Source: Candidatus Zixiibacteriota bacterium
Lineage (GTDB): Bacteria; Zixibacteria; MSB-5A5; GN15; JAAZOE01
DNA: 11,106 bases
Assembly (NCBI GenBank): GCA_043819555.1
Contig: JBDREQ010000049.1
Coordinates: 1-11,106 of the forward strand
Reading direction: 5' to 3'
A program made the position numbers and the translations under genes. The notes beneath the pieces are model-generated. The model worked only from the letters and a program-made list of their open reading frames with translations. It was not told the DNA's origin and searched no databases. Shown one piece after another: positions 7,459 through 11,106 of the stretch (its first letter is position 1; the number at the start of each line of letters is the position of its first letter).

Positions 7459-8052
7459 GTGGCCAGTGGTCTGCTCGCTGCCAAGTTTATAGCCTCATAC
7501 TACGATAACGGGAAAATTCCATCTGGTACCCACAAAGCGGTTGCCATCGCCGGACGCTCCAATGTCGGCAAATCAACTTTGATAAATCAAATCACACAGG
7601 GCAAAAAAATCGCTAAAGTCTCATCCACGCCGGGCAAAACCCAGGCGCTCAATTTCTTTCTGGTTGAAAACAAATATCACCTGGTCGATCTGCCAGGATA
7701 TGGTTTTGCCAAAGTACCGCTTCAGGTCAAAAAATCATGGGGGAAACTGGTCGAAGGTTATCTGACAGCCAACGAAAACCTGAAAGGACTGGTTTTGCTT
7801 CTCGATTGCCGCCGTGAAATTCAGCCCGATGATATGACGCTGTTAGACTGGGTGATAAATCGCGGGGTGCCGTTTGTTGTAGTTATAACCAAAACCGACA
7901 AGCTCAAACGAAGCCAGCTTAATTTGGCCATTTATAAATTGAAGAAAATTCTGTACGGCGATGAAAACGAAGGCGATTTGATACCATTTTCCGCCAAAAA
8001 TAATACTGGGAGAAATGAGGTCTTACAATGGATACGCAGGGCGGTCGCATAG
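7459..8052 (+). CDS. engB: Ribosome biogenesis GTP-binding protein EngB/YihA/YsxC
   Basis: G1 GRSNVGKS, G2 PGKT, G3 DLPGYG, G4 TKTD, G5 FSAK. GTG start with GGAGGT at 7443-7448. lon-engB adjacency is a well-known arrangement. Confidence 0.95.
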   Translation: MASGLLAAKFIASYYDNGKIPSGTHKAVAIAGRSNVGKSTLINQITQGKKIAKVSSTPGKTQALNFFLVENKYHLVDLPGYGFAKVPLQVKKSWGKLVEGYLTANENLKGLVLLLDCRREIQPDDMTLLDWVINRGVPFVVVITKTDKLKRSQLNLAIYKLKKILYGDENEGDLIPFSAKNNTGRNEVLQWIRRAVA

Positions 8053-9329
8053 AAAGAAAAAACCGGGTTGTCGTCGGCTCGCAATGGGGCGATGAAGGCA
8101 AAGGCAAGGTCGTCGATTTACTTTCGCGGGGAGCCGATATGGTCGCCCGTTTTCAGGGTGGCAATAACGCCGGCCACACGATTGTCGTCAACGATTGCAA
8201 ATATATTCTGCATTTAATCCCCTCGGGGATTATTCATCCGGGCAAAGTCTGCCTCATCGGCAACGGTGTTGTCCTCGATCCGTTTGTGTTTGTCGAAGAA
8301 TTGGATACGTTGAAAAACGCAGGCATCGATTATACCGACCGGATATTTATCTCTGCCGCCACTAATTTGATTATGCCGTATCATTGCGCATTGGACGGAT
8401 TTGAGGAAGGCCAGCGCGGGGATAAAGGCATCGGCACGACTGGACGCGGCATCGGCCCCGCTTATCAGGATAAAGTCAAACGGACAGGAATCAGGCTGGC
8501 CGATTTGTTCGATGATAAAAGATTGCGTGACAAAATCGAAACGCATTGCCGCAATAAAAAATATATGCTAGACCAACTTCCGCCGGAAAAACAGGTAGAT
8601 TGCAAAAAACTAATGGGTGAACTGGTGGCCCTGCGTCCAATATTCAAGCCGATGATGACCGATACATCCCTAATGCTCCATGAAGCCCATAAGAGCGGAG
8701 CCGTGGTTTTGTTTGAGGGAGCTCAGGGAGCCATGCTCGACGTTGACCTGGGCACATATCCATACTGCACATCATCGAATACGACCGTCGGCGGAGCCTT
8801 GACCGGATTGGGGATCGGCCCGGGGATGATCGATGAAGTCGTCGGCATCGTCAAGGCCTACACCACTCGTGTCGGGGAAGGACCATTCCCAACCGAATTG
8901 AACAACGAAATCGGTGAAAAACTGCGCGAACACGGCTGCGAATTCGGAGCTACTACCGGACGCCCACGGCGCACCGGATGGCTCGATTTGGTCCAGCTCA
9001 AACATGCCTGCCGGATAAACGGCATAGATAAGATCGCAATCACCAAGCTTGATGTTCTCGATCATTTCGATGAAATCAATGTCTGCACTGTCTATGAACT
9101 CGATGGTGAGATAATTGATAATATCCCGACCGATATGCTCCGAATAGCCGATGTCAAACCAATTTACAAAACGTTTGACGGCTGGCAACGATCCACCGAG
9201 GGGGTGACGTCGTACACCGAATTGCCTCAGAAGGCCCGAGAGTACGTTGGTTTCATCTGCCGGGAGTTAAACGTGGAAATGTTACTTCTCTCGACCGGCC
9301 CGGCAAGAGAACAGACGGTACTCGTATAA
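8028..9329 (+). CDS. purA: Adenylosuccinate synthetase
   Basis: QWGDEGKGK, RFQGGNNAGHT, GIGTTGRGIGPAY, FEGAQG, GTYPYCTSS, GATTGRPRRTGWLD and TKLDVL motifs. SD GAGGT at 8017-8021. Confidence 0.98.
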   Translation: MDTQGGRIERKNRVVVGSQWGDEGKGKVVDLLSRGADMVARFQGGNNAGHTIVVNDCKYILHLIPSGIIHPGKVCLIGNGVVLDPFVFVEELDTLKNAGIDYTDRIFISAATNLIMPYHCALDGFEEGQRGDKGIGTTGRGIGPAYQDKVKRTGIRLADLFDDKRLRDKIETHCRNKKYMLDQLPPEKQVDCKKLMGELVALRPIFKPMMTDTSLMLHEAHKSGAVVLFEGAQGAMLDVDLGTYPYCTSSNTTVGGALTGLGIGPGMIDEVVGIVKAYTTRVGEGPFPTELNNEIGEKLREHGCEFGATTGRPRRTGWLDLVQLKHACRINGIDKIAITKLDVLDHFDEINVCTVYELDGEIIDNIPTDMLRIADVKPIYKTFDGWQRSTEGVTSYTELPQKAREYVGFICRELNVEMLLLSTGPAREQTVLV

Positions 9330-9398
9330 AATTTCCAATCGGGATTAATTGGCATGATTTATCCAAAGGAATGTCTGTTATATTTGATTTCCCTCACT

Positions 9399-9427
9399 TG
9401 CAACATTTGCCTTTCTTTTTCGTCTAA
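9399..9427 (+). promoter_or_regulatory. ECF-sigma-type promoter candidate upstream of the M16 peptidase
   Basis: TGCAAC (9399-9404), 16-nt spacer, CGTCTAA (9421-9427), matching the AAC-N16-CGT architecture of ECF promoters. Confidence 0.5.
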
Positions 9428-9522
9428 TAAAATGCATAGGAAGGGCTAGATTTTTGTATATTTCGCAGAATTATGATTATACGTTTCACTCAAAACATAT
9501 ATCAATCAGAAAGGGATTTAAA

Positions 9523-11106
9523 ATGAAGGGTTACCGCGTGGCCGCAATCGTCTGTCTGGCGATGGCGGCTCTTTTTGTATCATCGATTTTGGCCGATGAT
9601 CTGCCCGAACTGAAGTTCGAAAAATACACATTGCCAAACGGGCTGGATGTGATTTTGTATGAGGATCATACCATTCCGATGGTAACAGTCAACGTTTACT
9701 ATCATGTCGGTTCGCAAAACGAGGTTCGCGGAAGAACCGGGTTTGCTCATTTATTTGAGCACTTGATGTTCCAGGGTTCGGAACATCATAACGTAATGTT
9801 CGATGAAGATATTGACGTTTTTGGCGGCATCAACAACGGAGGAACCAATAACGACGGCACCCGCTACTGGGAAACTATGCCAAGCAATTATCTAAAAAAA
9901 TCTCTCTGGTTGGAAGCCGATCGGATGGGATATCTTCTTCCGGCAATGACTCAGGAACGCCTCGACAATCAGCGCAGTGTGGTTATAAATGAGAAACGCC
10001 AAAACTACGACGAAGCGCCTTATGGTCAAGTCCGAGAAATTCTCCATGGAATGCTCTACCCGCCCGAACATCCATATAGCTGGATAACGATAGGATTCAC
10101 CGAGGATTTAGAAGCGGCTACTATTGACGATGTTTCAGAATTTTTTAAAACATGGTATGCGCCCAACAACGCATCGCTTTGTATCGCTGGCGATTTTGAT
10201 CCTGCCGATGCCAAAAAATGGGTTGAAGAATATTTCGCTCCAATCCCTTCGGGACCCAAGGTGAAGCGAAATCATTACTGGGTTCCGGTATTAACGTCAG
10301 AAAAAAGAGCCTCATATGAAGATAATATCGAACTGGCACGCGTCTATATGGTTTGGCATACCCCTCCATATTATGCTCCGGGTGATGCCGAATTTGATTT
10401 ATTGGCCAGCATTCTCACCGATGGAAAAACTTCACGCCTTTACAAATCACTTGTGTATGACAAACAAATAGCTCAGGATGTGGCTGCTTTTCAATCATCG
10501 CGGGAAATTGGAAGTCACTTTCAAATTCAGGCAACCGCCAAACCGGGTGTCTCTCTTGAAGAACTTGAGCAGGAGATTGACAACATCTTAAATGATGTTA
10601 TGACCAACGGGATCACACCCGAGGAATTTGAACTGGCCCGCACCAATTGGGAATCGGGATTTATTCGCCGGCTTGACAATATAAGCGGGTTTGGCGGTAT
10701 GGCCGATATGATGAACGCCTATAATATATTCATTGGCGAACCTGATATGTTCAACTGGGATAAAGCTCGATATGAAAAGGCAACGATTGATGACATGCTG
10801 AAATATATGAAAACTTACATGCAACCTGACAAGAGAGCCATACTCTCAGTTTATCCCAAAAGCCAGCTGACAGCATCCGAGTTGGCAGTAGATATGTCCG
10901 TAAACCCTGCCGGAGACGAAAAGCCATCATTTACGCCGCCGACAATTCAGAGCGCGACATTATCTAACGGAATGGAGTTGTATTTGGTCGAAGATCACGA
11001 TTTACCGTTAGTTGAGTGCGATTTAATAATTAAGAGCGGATACGATTGTGATCCGGCTGATCGACCGGGAGCAGCTTCTTTGACATCTGAACTCCTCAAT
11101 GAAGGC
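9523..11106 (+). CDS. Secreted M16 family (pitrilysin/insulinase, PqqL-like) zinc metallopeptidase, 3'-truncated by the window (528 codons seen)
   Basis: ATG 9523 follows GAAAGGGA. Signal peptide MKGYRVAAIVCLAMAALFVSSILA, then YTLPNGLDV, inverted zincin HLFEH (9748-9762), EKRQNY, HPY and YAPNNA. A second M16 half begins at ATLSNGMELYLVEDHDLPLV and lacks HxxEH (LTSELLNEG). Confidence 0.95.
   Translation, partial: MKGYRVAAIVCLAMAALFVSSILADDLPELKFEKYTLPNGLDVILYEDHTIPMVTVNVYYHVGSQNEVRGRTGFAHLFEHLMFQGSEHHNVMFDEDIDVFGGINNGGTNNDGTRYWETMPSNYLKKSLWLEADRMGYLLPAMTQERLDNQRSVVINEKRQNYDEAPYGQVREILHGMLYPPEHPYSWITIGFTEDLEAATIDDVSEFFKTWYAPNNASLCIAGDFDPADAKKWVEEYFAPIPSGPKVKRNHYWVPVLTSEKRASYEDNIELARVYMVWHTPPYYAPGDAEFDLLASILTDGKTSRLYKSLVYDKQIAQDVAAFQSSREIGSHFQIQATAKPGVSLEELEQEIDNILNDVMTNGITPEEFELARTNWESGFIRRLDNISGFGGMADMMNAYNIFIGEPDMFNWDKARYEKATIDDMLKYMKTYMQPDKRAILSVYPKSQLTASELAVDMSVNPAGDEKPSFTPPTIQSATLSNGMELYLVEDHDLPLVECDLIIKSGYDCDPADRPGAASLTSELLNEG

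Noticed and set aside
4964..10824. Short ORFs overlapping lon, engB, purA and the M16 peptidase
   Set aside because: They are shadow ORFs of well-supported conserved genes.

Overview
Bacterial chromosomal window. The left third (- strand, ATG at 3974, running off the window at position 1) holds a very large secreted modular protein that the ORF track mostly misses. It has a Sec signal peptide, an N-terminal domain, two copies of a ~200-aa 'KMHxPQLPD...ADDWQC...KDxHFWG' domain, a dockerin-type Ca-binding module, ten Cys-rich repeats, a beta-rich domain and the start of a TSP3-like Asp repeat. Its frame is open for 1324 codons except for one in-frame TGA at codon 132 (3579-3581). A ~660-bp intergenic region (3975-4634) carries convergent sigma70-like promoters, an operator-like palindrome and several strand-biased hairpins, suggesting an unannotated structured RNA. 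Two CCA-less tRNA-Lys genes (CTT and TTT, - strand) follow. The + strand then carries lon, engB (yihA), purA and a secreted M16 (pitrilysin-like) zinc peptidase (9523 to window end, also absent from the ORF track) with an ECF-sigma-like promoter. The style of the secreted protein suggests an uncultured lineage such as Zixibacteria (inference only).
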